Below, in pieces: positions 10,483-21,711 of a stretch of 64,000 nt of DNA. The stretch spans positions 1-64,000 of the forward strand of contig PDIP01000149.1 of assembly GCA_002811645.1 (NCBI GenBank), in the 5' to 3' direction. The position numbers were made by a program, and so were the translations under genes. The notes under the pieces were generated by a model. It did not search any database, was not told the DNA's origin, and saw only the letters and a program-made list of their open reading frames with translations. The stretch comes from Corallochytrium limacisporum Hawaii. Its lineage: Eukaryota; Protista; Pluriformea. The first letter of the stretch is position 1; each line of letters opens with the position of its first letter.

Positions 10483-11604
10483 ATGAGTTCACAAATCACA
10501 GACAACTCAATGGCCCTTGGTCAAAACGCCCGGCAGCAGGTGCACCATGCCACTGAGGCGGCGGAAAAAATTGTGGCGCTGACTCCGGTCCAACAAATGA
10601 TTAGCAGCTGTTCAGGGGCATTCCTCACTAGCATGTTGATGACACCTTTTGACGTCGTCAAGACAAGGCTTCAGGCTCAGGAGCATTCCATCACAGCCTC
10701 CATTGCAGGAGAAGATTGCAAGTATGTAGTTTTTCGAAATGGTCTCATGGAACAGTACGTAGAACGCTGTACTGTCTGCGGAAATACGCCGGGGTCGACA
10801 ACATTGGAGGCATGTGCAGCAAGGCCTGTGCGGTTGAACGGTACATGGGACGCTATGGTCAAGATCAGCGAATCGGAAGGTATCACCGCACTATGGCGTG
10901 GTTTACCCCCTACCCTGGTCATGGCTGTACCTGCGACCGTCATTTATTTTACGGGATATGAACAATTGAAAGCACTATACGAGCGCAGGAGTGTAAGCCA
11001 AAGTTACGCACCCCTCCTCGCCGGAGCCAGTGCCCGTGTCTTTAGCGCAACCTTCGTGAGCCCTCTGGAGCTGATTCGCACGAAAATGCAAGCCGCTAGG
11101 AACCATGGTTTCCGCAAGGTCTTCACTATTGTGAAACAACAGGCGCACGACGCCGGAATAACCTCACTGTGGCGAGGCTTGACGCCGACACTGCTGCGCG
11201 ACGTCCCGTTCAGTGCAATGTACTTTTCCGGTTACGAGTATCTGAAGCCACGTTTCCGATCATCACTGCAGCAGCGATTTGGTGGAGATCATCTGTTCCT
11301 TAGCGCCTTCCTGTCTGGTGCAACGTCGGGTGCCTTCAGTGCGTTTGTGACCACACCGTTCGACGTGATCAAGACCAAGATGCAAGCCGACCAGATAACT
11401 GGACCCTACGAGCCCAACGCACGCATCAAGCCGGCAATGGAGGTTACTCGGGATATTTACCGCCACCAGGGCATCCGTGGATTCTTTGTCGGACTCTCAC
11501 CACGCCTGGCAAAAGTTGCGCCGGCTTGTGCCATCATGATTAGCTCCTACGAGACAACCAAGAAGATCTTCCGCGACTACAATCATCAGGAAGCCATCGC
11601 GTAG
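10483..11604 (+). CDS. SLC25A39/SLC25A40: Mitochondrial carrier of the SLC25A39/SLC25A40 (yeast Mtm1) subfamily, putative glutathione importer
   Basis: Three carrier signatures (TPFDVVKTRLQ, SPLELIRTKMQ, TPFDVIKTKMQ) plus subfamily segments NGLME, GTWDAMVKI, LWRGLPPTLVMAVPATVIYFTGYEQLK and RLAKVAPACAIMISSYE. Confidence 0.93.
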   Translation: MSSQITDNSMALGQNARQQVHHATEAAEKIVALTPVQQMISSCSGAFLTSMLMTPFDVVKTRLQAQEHSITASIAGEDCKYVVFRNGLMEQYVERCTVCGNTPGSTTLEACAARPVRLNGTWDAMVKISESEGITALWRGLPPTLVMAVPATVIYFTGYEQLKALYERRSVSQSYAPLLAGASARVFSATFVSPLELIRTKMQAARNHGFRKVFTIVKQQAHDAGITSLWRGLTPTLLRDVPFSAMYFSGYEYLKPRFRSSLQQRFGGDHLFLSAFLSGATSGAFSAFVTTPFDVIKTKMQADQITGPYEPNARIKPAMEVTRDIYRHQGIRGFFVGLSPRLAKVAPACAIMISSYETTKKIFRDYNHQEAIA

Positions 11605-12736
11605 TGCATGGTTCCTGAGTCTAACCAGAGCGCTCTGTAGCATCAAGAGCCTATGCCATTCACCCTTCTGCTTTTGCATCCATCATTCTCTGTTCTAAAT
11701 TTACAACATTTCATCATAACTTCAAAGCATGTACTTCAATCCTCCATACATCATCGTTTATGCGAAGCAGATCCTAGAGCAATAAAATCGCCGTTTGCCC
11801 ATACACAGCTGTTCTTCTTCGTCACAGACTAGATCCCATCCTTTTGCGCTTCTATCCGATGCGCATGACCGTCGTCAAATGGGCATAACCATCGACAAAC
11901 ATCATACCCGTTGGCCCATAGCGGTTCCCGTCACCACAAGGGTTTCCACTAACGAATCCATCCACTATCACCAGGGACCCATCGGAGAGCGAGAAGCGGG
12001 CGGGATTGTCTGGGCACACTACTGCGCGAGGAAAAACTTGTTGGAAAAATCTAGAGCCTCCGCCGCATCATCGATGCAAAATGTAAACCCACCGGAGATA
12101 GTGATACGATGGGAGGGCGAGTTGGGACTCGCCACACTGGCGGCGCGCACAAGCGAGGTCTATTTTCCAATGCTGTTCTCCTGCGCTGGTACCAGTACAT
12201 CACGCGGGGGCAGAAACTTGGAGAAGAGAAGGTCCCCCCCCCCCCAAAGGGAGAAGGGGAAAAGTTCCCCGAACAAAAAATTATCCTCGAGAACATTTCG
12301 CCGCGAACGAACTCACAGTGGAAGCCGGGGGAACGGGTAGTAGAAAGATTCTCTACGAACAAAAGGGAGAAAAATGGCCTGACCCACCCTCCGTCTCTTT
12401 TGCCCGGGGGACAGAGAGGTTGGGTCGGGCGCTGCCGTGTCTCCCCCCGTCGTTGGTCCCGTGGCTGCAGGGCCGAACTGGAGAGACACCTTTGGCCATT
12501 GGAGTTGGTAGATGCGTGTGTAATCGTGCAATATTTTGGCTGTTTGCTTCTTTGCGAATGTGCCTATTGAACTCCAATTATCTCATTTAGATTGATGCGT
12601 AATGAATCATGAAGGTAGATCAAAGGGGAACGCAGGAGAGTAGCGGAACATGCTTTTTCTCGTCACGACAGGTCTTCCATTTGCGGAAATCACTTTGGAA
12701 ATAATCAAGCCCTTGTGCATTCAACTCGTTGTAAAT

Positions 12737-13015
12737 ATGAGCACAGTCAAGGTATTTATCAACTATTGTGGCGCGTGAGGCTACTCTGGAAAGGCTGGGG
12801 AAATTCAAATGATGATCGAGAATAAATTTGGACCGGACGACTTTGATTTTGATCTTCGGTCTGACGGGAGGATTGCAACGGGTCGTCTGGAGGTCACCAT
12901 CGACGGCAAGCTGGTGCACTCCAAATCAAGAGGAGATGGTTACGTTAACACTCCGCAAAAAAAGCAAAACATTCTTGATGCTGCCGAAGCAGCCTTGCAA
13001 GGCGCCGGCCTCTAA
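12737..13015 (+). CDS. SELENOW: Selenoprotein W (Rdx family, CxxU), 92 aa, in-frame TGA at 12776-12778 read as selenocysteine
   Basis: ATG 12737 is in frame with track ORF 12809-13015: MSTVKVFINYCGA[U]GYSGK...ATGRLEVTIDGKLVHSKSRGDGYVNT...AALQG. This matches the vertebrate SelW pattern YCGAUGY...ATGFFEV..GKLIHSKKKGDGYVDT on both sides of the TGA. Confidence 0.95.
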
Positions 13016-13099
13016 AGAATTGAGGCCCGTTTGAGCTGATCAGGGAATAGGGTGATGACGTAGGGATCTATGTGTATCAATCACTGGGAACTGCAGACG

Positions 13100-13172
13100 A
13101 TGACGAATCCAGCCTTGTAAAACCTTCATTTCACCTGTGTTTGTCACGATGACCTGGCTGTTGTATTCTGAC
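13100..13172 (+). promoter_or_regulatory. Candidate SECIS element (non-canonical) in the SELENOW 3' UTR
   Basis: ATGAC core at 13100, helix GAATCCAGC pairing with GTTGTATTC (8/9 pairs), unpaired AAAA at 13119-13122, closing TGAC at 13169-13172. Core-to-AA distance and apical region are longer than canonical. Confidence 0.42.
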
Positions 13173-13546
13173 AAGGAAAACAAGCTTAGCAAAGCTTCAG
13201 ATGTGGATCTCATTTAAAGGTATCGAAACGCCAGTGGACAGATTTCTCTCCCCGCCTTTTGCTGCTCCATCGGTGAAGTATTTCTTTATCCCTCGAGGTC
13301 TTGGTGGTTTCCTTTTCTTGAATTGGTATCTTACATTGCACTCTCTTCCCGCTATCGTTAAACGCCGTGTCGCGCACCAAGAATATTGTACATTACATGT
13401 TTCTAAAGTCGCAGAGTGGTTATATCAACATTTCAAAAGACATTCTTCCTTGTGTATGCGAATGTTCTATGCTATATACTTCTATGTAATAATGTTGAAA
13501 CTTATGCTAGAATGAAACACGTGTGTGTTTGCTTTGATTAACAGTT

Positions 13547-14824
13547 CTAATTGTCCCCATTATTAATCAGGGGCGCATCCTCGTCGTCGCTTTCCCAATC
13601 GTCCCCATCATGTTTTCCTGATGCCTTGGTGGTGGAAGAGGAGGCCAGTCCAACACCTTCGTTGGAAGACCCAGAGGAAGAGCTGTGGCGACCCAGAACT
13701 GGACGGCCTTCTTCGAGCAGGCCCTGCGTCTCGGCCTCCGCCTCAACTGGTCGTGTATCCGGACTGGCGGGCACCTCGGTCGCCTTGCGGGCCATCACTG
13801 TGGAAGCAACGCCGCTCACCACCAGGACTGTACCAACGACGTCCACGTAGGTCAGAGTATAGCCCAGGAACAGGATAGACAGAATCATGCTGGCCAAAAT
13901 CTGCACTGGCCAGAAAGAAGTGACAAAGACTGCAGTGGTACGCTTCGTGGCCCATGTGAGCAGGGTGTAGTTGAGAGCAGAGGTACCAAATCCGCAGTAA
14001 AGTACAGCCCACAGGCCAGTTTCATTGAGGATCCAGTGGCTATCCCATGGAGGGCACCACAGCATTGCAAGTGGAACCAGCATCACGCAACCAAACAGGT
14101 AGATCCACAATGTCACGGCCCGGGCGTTCACGCCCTTCAAGTTCAGCACCTTCTTCAGTTGGACATTGTACAAGGCACCACAGATACCGTTCAAGAGAAG
14201 CCAAAAGTCACCTAGGAGGACCTGCCAGGAAGTCACACCAACGCCACCCTTGCCGGTGGCCATGGGAGCGTCTGTCAAGGTGTCGATGGCAGGCGAGTCA
14301 GGTTCAGTTGACTCTTCACTGCCCGATCCACCGAGAATGATCACACAAGCACCGCCCACGGCCGCGGCAATACCAATCAGGCGCCAGACTCCGGACCTGG
14401 TCTTCACATCCAGCTTGTCCTGACCCAGAATTAATGCAATAATAAAGGTAATGATGGGCAGCATGTTCTTCCACAGAGCCGCAGTCACCGCGCTCGTGTA
14501 CTGCACACCCAGAATTAGCAGAGGCTGCTTCAGGAGCACACCCGTGACTGCAAGGAAGAACATGGAACCAATCACCTTCCCAGTTTTCTCGTGCCCATGA
14601 TTTTCAACGAACTTCGTGCTCAGCCACGGCGGCATAAGCGCATTGCGCTTGAAACCCGTAAAGCCTACCAGGACGAGTGCTCCTAATAATGACCGGTAAA
14701 CGGCAAAGACAATGGGGTCAACTCCAGAGTCTGTTGCTGCCTTGGTGATCACAGCACTGCCTGCGAAAATGCACTGTACCAGGACCAGGACCAGCCCGGT
14801 AATGACGTCAGCCTTGCTAACCAT
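13547..14824 (-). CDS. EamA/DMT superfamily transporter, WAT1/UMAMIT (MtN21)-like, about 10 TM
   Basis: Two EamA repeats; segments GVDPIVFAVYR, GVQYTSAVTAALWKNMLPIITFIIALILGQDKL and AVFVTSFWPVQ; acidic dileucine motifs ETQGLL and EDAPLI in the tail. Confidence 0.9.
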   Translation of the reverse strand: MVSKADVITGLVLVLVQCIFAGSAVITKAATDSGVDPIVFAVYRSLLGALVLVGFTGFKRNALMPPWLSTKFVENHGHEKTGKVIGSMFFLAVTGVLLKQPLLILGVQYTSAVTAALWKNMLPIITFIIALILGQDKLDVKTRSGVWRLIGIAAAVGGACVIILGGSGSEESTEPDSPAIDTLTDAPMATGKGGVGVTSWQVLLGDFWLLLNGICGALYNVQLKKVLNLKGVNARAVTLWIYLFGCVMLVPLAMLWCPPWDSHWILNETGLWAVLYCGFGTSALNYTLLTWATKRTTAVFVTSFWPVQILASMILSILFLGYTLTYVDVVGTVLVVSGVASTVMARKATEVPASPDTRPVEAEAETQGLLEEGRPVLGRHSSSSGSSNEGVGLASSSTTKASGKHDGDDWESDDEDAPLINNGDN

Positions 14825-15315
14825 TATGTTTTGGTTTCTGTGTTGTAGTTGAGAAGGATTCTATCTGATCCGCTCTCCGTGTTTAGGGGGAACTCTCACT
14901 GCTTGAGAATTTAACTCTCCGTTCTACCCCGAGCACTTGTCCAGCAAAGTTGTTCTGCTAACGACTCCTGCTTGTCTCTCGTATTCTTTGCCTTTCACAC
15001 TGTATGTGAGGTCGCGTTTACAACGTTCGTGACTTTGTCCAGACGACTGATCTGACACTCGCGCTTAAATAGCGTACCCTGTGTGCAACGAAGGTGAAAC
15101 CCTCAGAGTCCATGACACAAACACCCGCAAGAATACATCACCGAAGAGGAAACCATGAGATCGCCCGCAAGATTTGTGCACAGTGCGTGTGCCGCAGCAT
15201 CCCGCGATGTGTGAGAAGCCGTGAACATCTGAGTATGTCTGTATGTATGCGTGTGTATGTGTGTGCGAAGGAAGAAGGGAGAACCCGCACTTCGCCACCA
15301 CTCCTCCCCCCCCCC

Positions 15316-15533
15316 NNNNNNNNNNNNNNNNNNNNNNNNNNNNNNNNNNNNNNNNNNNNNNNNNNNNNNNNNNNNNNNNNNNNNNNNNNNNNNNNNNNNN
15401 NNNNNNNNNNNNNNNNNNNNNNNNNNNNNNNNNNNNNNNNNNNNNNNNNNNNNNNNNNNNNNNNNNNNNNNNNNNNNNNNNNNNNNNNNNNNNNNNNNNN
15501 NNNNNNNNNNNNNNNNNNNNNNNNNNNNNNNNN
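15316..15533. other. Assembly gap (218 N)
   Basis: N run flanked by poly-C on both sides. Confidence 0.99.
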
Positions 15534-16521
15534 CCCCCCCAACCCCCGGGCCTTTTCTCCCCTCTCCTCTCTCTTTGGTGTGTGTGTTGGCTACTACCGC
15601 GTTAAGCGGCCCACAACACACCCTCCGCACACACCGCTCCCAAACGGCGGAACATTTTTTTTCGTGCTTTCTCTTTTTTTCTCTTTCTTTCGTTCTTGGT
15701 TCCAAAGTTTTCTCCAAATCTTCCTACATTTTATCCATAGTGAATGTACCGGTAAAGGGGCTCGTCAGTTTTTTTGCACCGCACCCCCACCAACGCACGC
15801 GATAGGGGACCCGGAGGAAAAATGGATCTGATCCAAACGCTCGGACTCTCGGCCCCCGTTTGCTTCCCCCGCTCACACTTGGACTTTTTCCCTTCCCTAC
15901 CCCCCTCCCCCTTTCCCGTGCAGGCGTTCCTCGTCCTTTCGTTATCTATAGTAATTCTTCTTCTCTTTTTCCTCACGGTATGCCGTCGTGGGCCGCTTTG
16001 GCATCCTTACCTTTCGCACGCTTCGCCCCAGCTTCGCGAGTTTTCTTCTTTTCTTTTTTTTTTACTGTTTGTCCCGTGCGCCTCCGTGCCAAGGTGTCTG
16101 GACTCCCCCCCCCTCTCCCTCCCGACAATGAAAACCTTTGGGCAGGGCCACCAACAGAGATCCAAAGGTTTAAGAAAAACAAATAAAATATCAATGTCCC
16201 AGTCTCACGTCCCTGAATTTAATACGGTAAGAAGTTTCCCTAAGAACATCACACCTGTTCGCGGGATGAAGCTGGGCCCGACCAGGATTTTTATTTTTTT
16301 TTCCAAACCGACGGGGCACCCTTCTGCGGTGGTGGTACGTGACATCACATCAGTCCCAGAGACTCTTGCTCGCCCACGCCGCCCGCCAAATTTATGGCAA
16401 TGCATCTTTCCTGTATACCTCTTAAATTTCTCTTCCCGGATTTATCAATATATAATATATGACAATGTTGTGAAGAAAACTTACACCATGTATCCAATTT
16501 CGCACTGTTGTCGCCACCAAA

Positions 16522-16546
16522 TCACCGCCGCGAGTCGCGGCGGTGA
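16522..16546. repeat. Perfect GC-rich inverted repeat (12-bp arms, 1-nt spacer)
   Basis: TCACCGCCGCGA-G-TCGCGGCGGTGA. Confidence 0.9.
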
Positions 16547-19438
16547 CGATACTGCCAAGAATTTATTCTCCTAAACGCTTCTACGCGGCGCAGCGGGTCT
16601 GGGCCAATGCAGAAGAAAACGTCGGCCCAAATCGTTAGAAAGGAACGATAAGGAGGCCCGAGCGTTCTGGAACGTTAAGAGGAAATTTCTAAAATTCCAA
16701 GCGGAACAAAAAGTAAAGTGACTTGAGCAAGGAACATGCAAGGAGAGCACATAATGAACCCGCCCAGCAGCAAGGACACGGGTGCTCGGGAAGGGGAAAA
16801 GGGGGTTGGACACGGGAACGGGGCTCCAGAAAGTGAAGGGGGAGGTGGGGGAGGTATATCTTCCCATTTTGGTTTCTTTTGTTGTTTGATCAAAAGGGAA
16901 AAAGGAAAATGGGGATTTGGAGACTGACAGGGCCAACCAACCAAAAAAATGAAAGGAGAAAACTGGAGAATTGATCTCACATCATTGTGGGACGATAACC
17001 TTGGCGGACATGTGTGTGTGTGCGTTGCTGGAGGAAAACCTGTGTTGTGTTTCGTTGTTTTTTTTTATTTTACTTTTTGCTGCGTTCCTATTTTGTATTG
17101 ATAGGAGAAACGGTAGTACCTGGAGATCCTCTCCGCATCAACCGATAGGAAGTGGAAAACCCTCAACAACAACCCACCCCCGTCATTCCTCAACACCACA
17201 AAAACTTTGGATAACAACGAGAACATGAAATTTGCTTGTGTGCAGGAAAAGGGGAAAAATGAAAAGATGGAACCCACAAATTGGCTGATGATACGGCTGA
17301 ACCCCATTTAAGACGGTTTCATCGCTGCTAAAATGTAAAAGGGAAAAAAAAAAGAAAGAAAGAATCAAAAAGGAAAATATATGAGAATTAGACCAAAACA
17401 AAACCGTCTGTGTTTATTTTTACGATTTCTTGAGACGAGTTAAAAAAAACACAGAAAGAATATCTGTGATTTGGAAAATAATCCAATACGTGTGATATAG
17501 GAAAATCCGAGGCTATAGATTTCCGCAGCGAGCCTTATCTCTCACCCACGGCAGCGGAAAAAACCCTCCAGCACTCCTCTTCTTTGATGTCTTATCCATT
17601 GATTTTATATTTAGCCCATCCGCCGTTTGATCATCATCTTCGTTGCGATAAAACCGGGTACCACTCGCATCCGATCTCGGCTCCAACGACAAAGACGGTT
17701 GGGAGGTCCTCAAACAAGAACCGAATGAAAGAAAAATGTAAGAATACAAGATACCCACAAAACTCCGGTACTATCGGTACTGAATAATCCGTAGGTCCGA
17801 CCGTTCGCATGGCCAAATACAGGACCATCGGTCACCCTCTCTCCCTCCCACACCACACCGTCCAACGAAGCAGCACACAACTAAAACGCTTGAAAGACCC
17901 CAATCCATTCGCCCTTTTCTTTTTTTCGAATGTTTGGTTTGTGTTCTCCGGTGTTCCTCCAACTTTCTACTGTTCTGTTCCGTTGCCATTAATCAGCTCC
18001 ATACATTACTCAGGAATTCTTTCCCTACCGGGTTGGAGGATGCAAAATCTATAAGATTTCCAATCTGTCCCATTCTCTTATTTTTTTTTCAAATGGGGAA
18101 GGTGTGGGGCTCACCCATTTTTATTTGTTTCCTATTCTGTCGGTCACGAAAATTAAAATTTCATCCCACAGTGTGACATCCGACTATTTTCCCTCGGTTC
18201 ATTTTATATACATAAATGCCCAGTGGCTAGAGTCGTGAAACCTGGCAGAAAAAGTAGACTATCGGCGTATGACGCGACGTATTGTGAAAACAAGGGCACT
18301 GGACTGAAGAAATTTCTTTCCTTGCTCCTTTCCTTGGCCTGGCTATTGAAACATCGTCACCCAGTCTCTTGGTGATTATTTTCCCCATTCTCTGAGTATG
18401 AGATGTGACTTCCAACATCTGAAGTGGAATAAAATTTTCTTCAGACGGACAAACGCGGCAGAAAGGAAGGAAGGGGGAGGGGGGGCAAGGTTCTGATTTC
18501 TTTTTTTTTTCGCATTGATTCACCGCCACACCAACAAAACGCCTACAGTACGGAACCAAATAAATATATCCGCTTCCTACACATCGCTTATGCGAGCGCA
18601 GCCCAGTATTTCCGTATTGCGTGTGCCTAGGCGCGCGGGCGGACGGCGAGGCAAGAGAGGGACCACGCGGTGCTGGCAGGCCTATAGTGAGCTACCTGAA
18701 AGTGTGTGCAGCAGCCCAGCGAGCGGGTAGAGAAGGGGGAGGGGAATGAAGAACAATCACGTTAGGGTTATTTCCCCATTTATTCAGTATAGGAACCCAA
18801 TATCCCCTGGCCTTCTTTCTTTCCCACTGTTTTCCTTTCTTTCTTTCTTTTTTTCCTTCTACTCCGGACCGCCTTTCCTTTGCGCACTGCGCGCCCTTTG
18901 CTTTGCGGGAGTGTGGTGCAGAGCGCAGCCGAGAGGGCACCGGCGCACTCGAAACACACACAAAGCGCTGGGGGGGGGGGGTTCTTAATGAACTAGAGGG
19001 TGTCCAATTTCTATATAAAATGAACTGGAGAATGGATGGACTCTAGAGAATTGAGCAAGAGAGAGGGGGAAACGGTTTAGGCATTGGAACCAAAGGCGAG
19101 AACTCGGGCCTTGAGGACGAAAGCGCAAGACCGCCCACTTTTCCCCCTTTTTCATTTTCACATACTTTCTGACGTGCTCCACAAAGCTCGCGGAACCGAG
19201 GTGGCGGGTCCAATGGAGCAAGGAGCGGTGGGGCCAGAACCCGGGGAGTGGCCTTTTTTTTGTTACAAATGGGTACGTACGCCCGCTAAAGCATTTTCCC
19301 TCTTTACTTTTTGGTGTCTTTAGGGCTTCGCTTAGTTCCAGGAATTTGGGGGAGGGTTCAAAATTTTGGCAGTGCTGGGAGCGCCACAGCTTACTGCTGA
19401 TGTGCGTACGCGCAGCTTTGATTTGTGCCCGCGGGTGC

Positions 19439-19471
19439 CCGCCGCTCGGCCGCAGGGCGGCCGAGCGGCGG
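19439..19471. repeat. Perfect GC-rich inverted repeat (15-bp arms, 3-nt loop)
   Basis: CCGCCGCTCGGCCGC-AGG-GCGGCCGAGCGGCGG. Confidence 0.92.
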
Positions 19472-21711
19472 CTTGCTGAAGCAGAGACACCACCATCCCA
19501 GTACCAACCTATTGTGGGGCACCATAAGCCATACACCGATGCAAACGGCCATTCCTGGATGGCTGGGCGCATGTTAGATTTTGGAGTTCACTGTCGTACA
19601 GAATGTCTGCGATGACTGGCCCCGCGCGGCATGCAGCAGAGGAAAAATTATGAACACACGATCCTCACCGCCGATCGCTTGGCCAGTGCGAAGAGCATGG
19701 CCAATATCGCCGTGTCAAGATGGCTGTGGGTGTTTGCTATGTGTTTTGTGGAGCGTACCTGTGCACGGCTCAATAATTTCGGGGCGCGATCGCACACAAA
19801 GAAATCGAACCCCATCTTTACGATTTGTGTATAAGAAGATGGGTGCTTCAAGTCTACATCATACGACCAGACTGCTGTGTCACATGCCGCTGTCAACATT
19901 CCGTCTCGCTTGGCGCAGTCGATGAAGAGGTCCTATGGTCTGTTCTATACACGCGCTCAGAATCCCACTACCACTACCAATACCATATCTCCTAATTGGC
20001 ATCCGGCAAAGAATGGTACTGGTGGTGTGGATGGATGCTGATGGCTTCTTCTACCATGGACTCCTCCTGAAGAAAACAAAACAGTCTCACCGCCGCTGCT
20101 GCTACGAGTGTCACCCCCGAGCTTCGAAACGAGTTGGTAACTTCGCCACACGATCATCCGGGTGTTCGCTGCGTCCTCATTGACTCCCGGACGGGCTGGC
20201 TGGCCGCTGGCTGGTAAGGTATGAGAATGATGTGTGCTTCCACAGCGCAAGCACATATCATCGCCCAATAGTAGCATCAACCGCCAACGAAGTCCTCGCA
20301 GCATGCGGATCATGCTGAAAGTGTGGGCGTCTTTGGCGCTGTGTGCACACGTAACAACATGAGCATCATTCTCTGCAAAGCTCACATCTTCCGCGTGTAC
20401 CGAAGAGCTGCTGTAATCGTCCGCACGACGAACGCAGCCACGAGGTACTATTCCATTTCCGTTGTAAGAGATGAATTGGCCATAGATACAACGAAAAGGA
20501 TGCGAGAACAGCATATTTATCTTTACTATGGCTGTCCTGTCGCGATCCTGACCTCCTCCAATGTCTAGGCTTAGCAGCCCGCCAGGCGCTTTTGTCCTCC
20601 CCGCCCCTTCTTCGGCGGATCATCTCCGCCGTTCGTTGAATAGTCTCTGCTCTCCAGCAATCGTGACATATGCGTGCTGAATTGGACCAGAGAACTCCAA
20701 TCGATACTCGTGTCGTCATTCTGTGCCCTGACCTACTTCTGGATGCCCGCATCCGGATGGCGCCGAAAGATTGGTGATGATGCGCACCCGTACGTGAATA
20801 CGCTTCGTTGTTGATTGTGATAATCGTCCGCAGATACTCCGGGCCTTTAAGTACGAATCATATTTTTCGCGCTCAAAATCCCGTGGATTGGGGGGACGTC
20901 ATTGCTGTCCATGGTATTATATAGCTACGTGTATAACCCAATACCAATCAATCAAATCGGCCCCTGGCTTTTTCGGTCAGGTTTGCGCCTTGTGCGGGAC
21001 GAGTCTCGCTGTCCCACACCGGGTTGGCGGTGTTTGATGGTCTCTGTGGCACCTTGCCCACTATTTGACCCGCCCGGTACATTTGCTATGCTGCGCACGG
21101 CAAAGCACCGCACCGGCGGCCAAACCGAGGCAAGGCTACTTTGTTCACCGAAAACGAGGAACACACTGATGCAGGAATTAGGCCCAGGGGGGGCCTAAGC
21201 GGACGGGCATGCACACACACACACACGCGCACGCAGACTCTGTCCGCTCCGAGGCCGCTCTTTCTCCGGCCGCGCTGCCTTCGCTCTTGGGACTTGCGCG
21301 CTGCGGAAAACCACCTCCCATCACCCCCGGGTGGGGGTGGGGGAGGCCGGTGGCGCCTGGGGCGGCGAAAGCAAGCATTGGTGGGGAGGCACCGGACGAG
21401 GAAAAAATGCAGGAGAAAATGATGGGCCCTTCGCCCCCTGCCCCCCCCCGGGCGGGCCTCTTACCCGCGTAGTGAAAGTACCACCAGAAGACAACTATGC
21501 CACACGGGCAAGGCCGGAGAGAGGGAAAAAAAAAAACTCGCGGGCGGGTCCGGAGTCCATCGGGGCAAGCCATGCGGTGCACACCCAACTCCTGGCTTTA
21601 TAGAAAATGTGCGACGACAACGACCGCAAAAAGCAGTTGATATGATAAACTCCCGGCCAGGGTTGGAGGCACTAGGCAGCCATGCGCTAGGGAGCCCGCT
21701 TTCAACACATA

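Noticed and set aside
15094-16574. Long ORFs spanning N-gaps or homopolymer blocks (also 32413-33406 and 44883-45927)
   Set aside because: Artefacts of Ns and stop-poor low-complexity sequence; no protein-like content.
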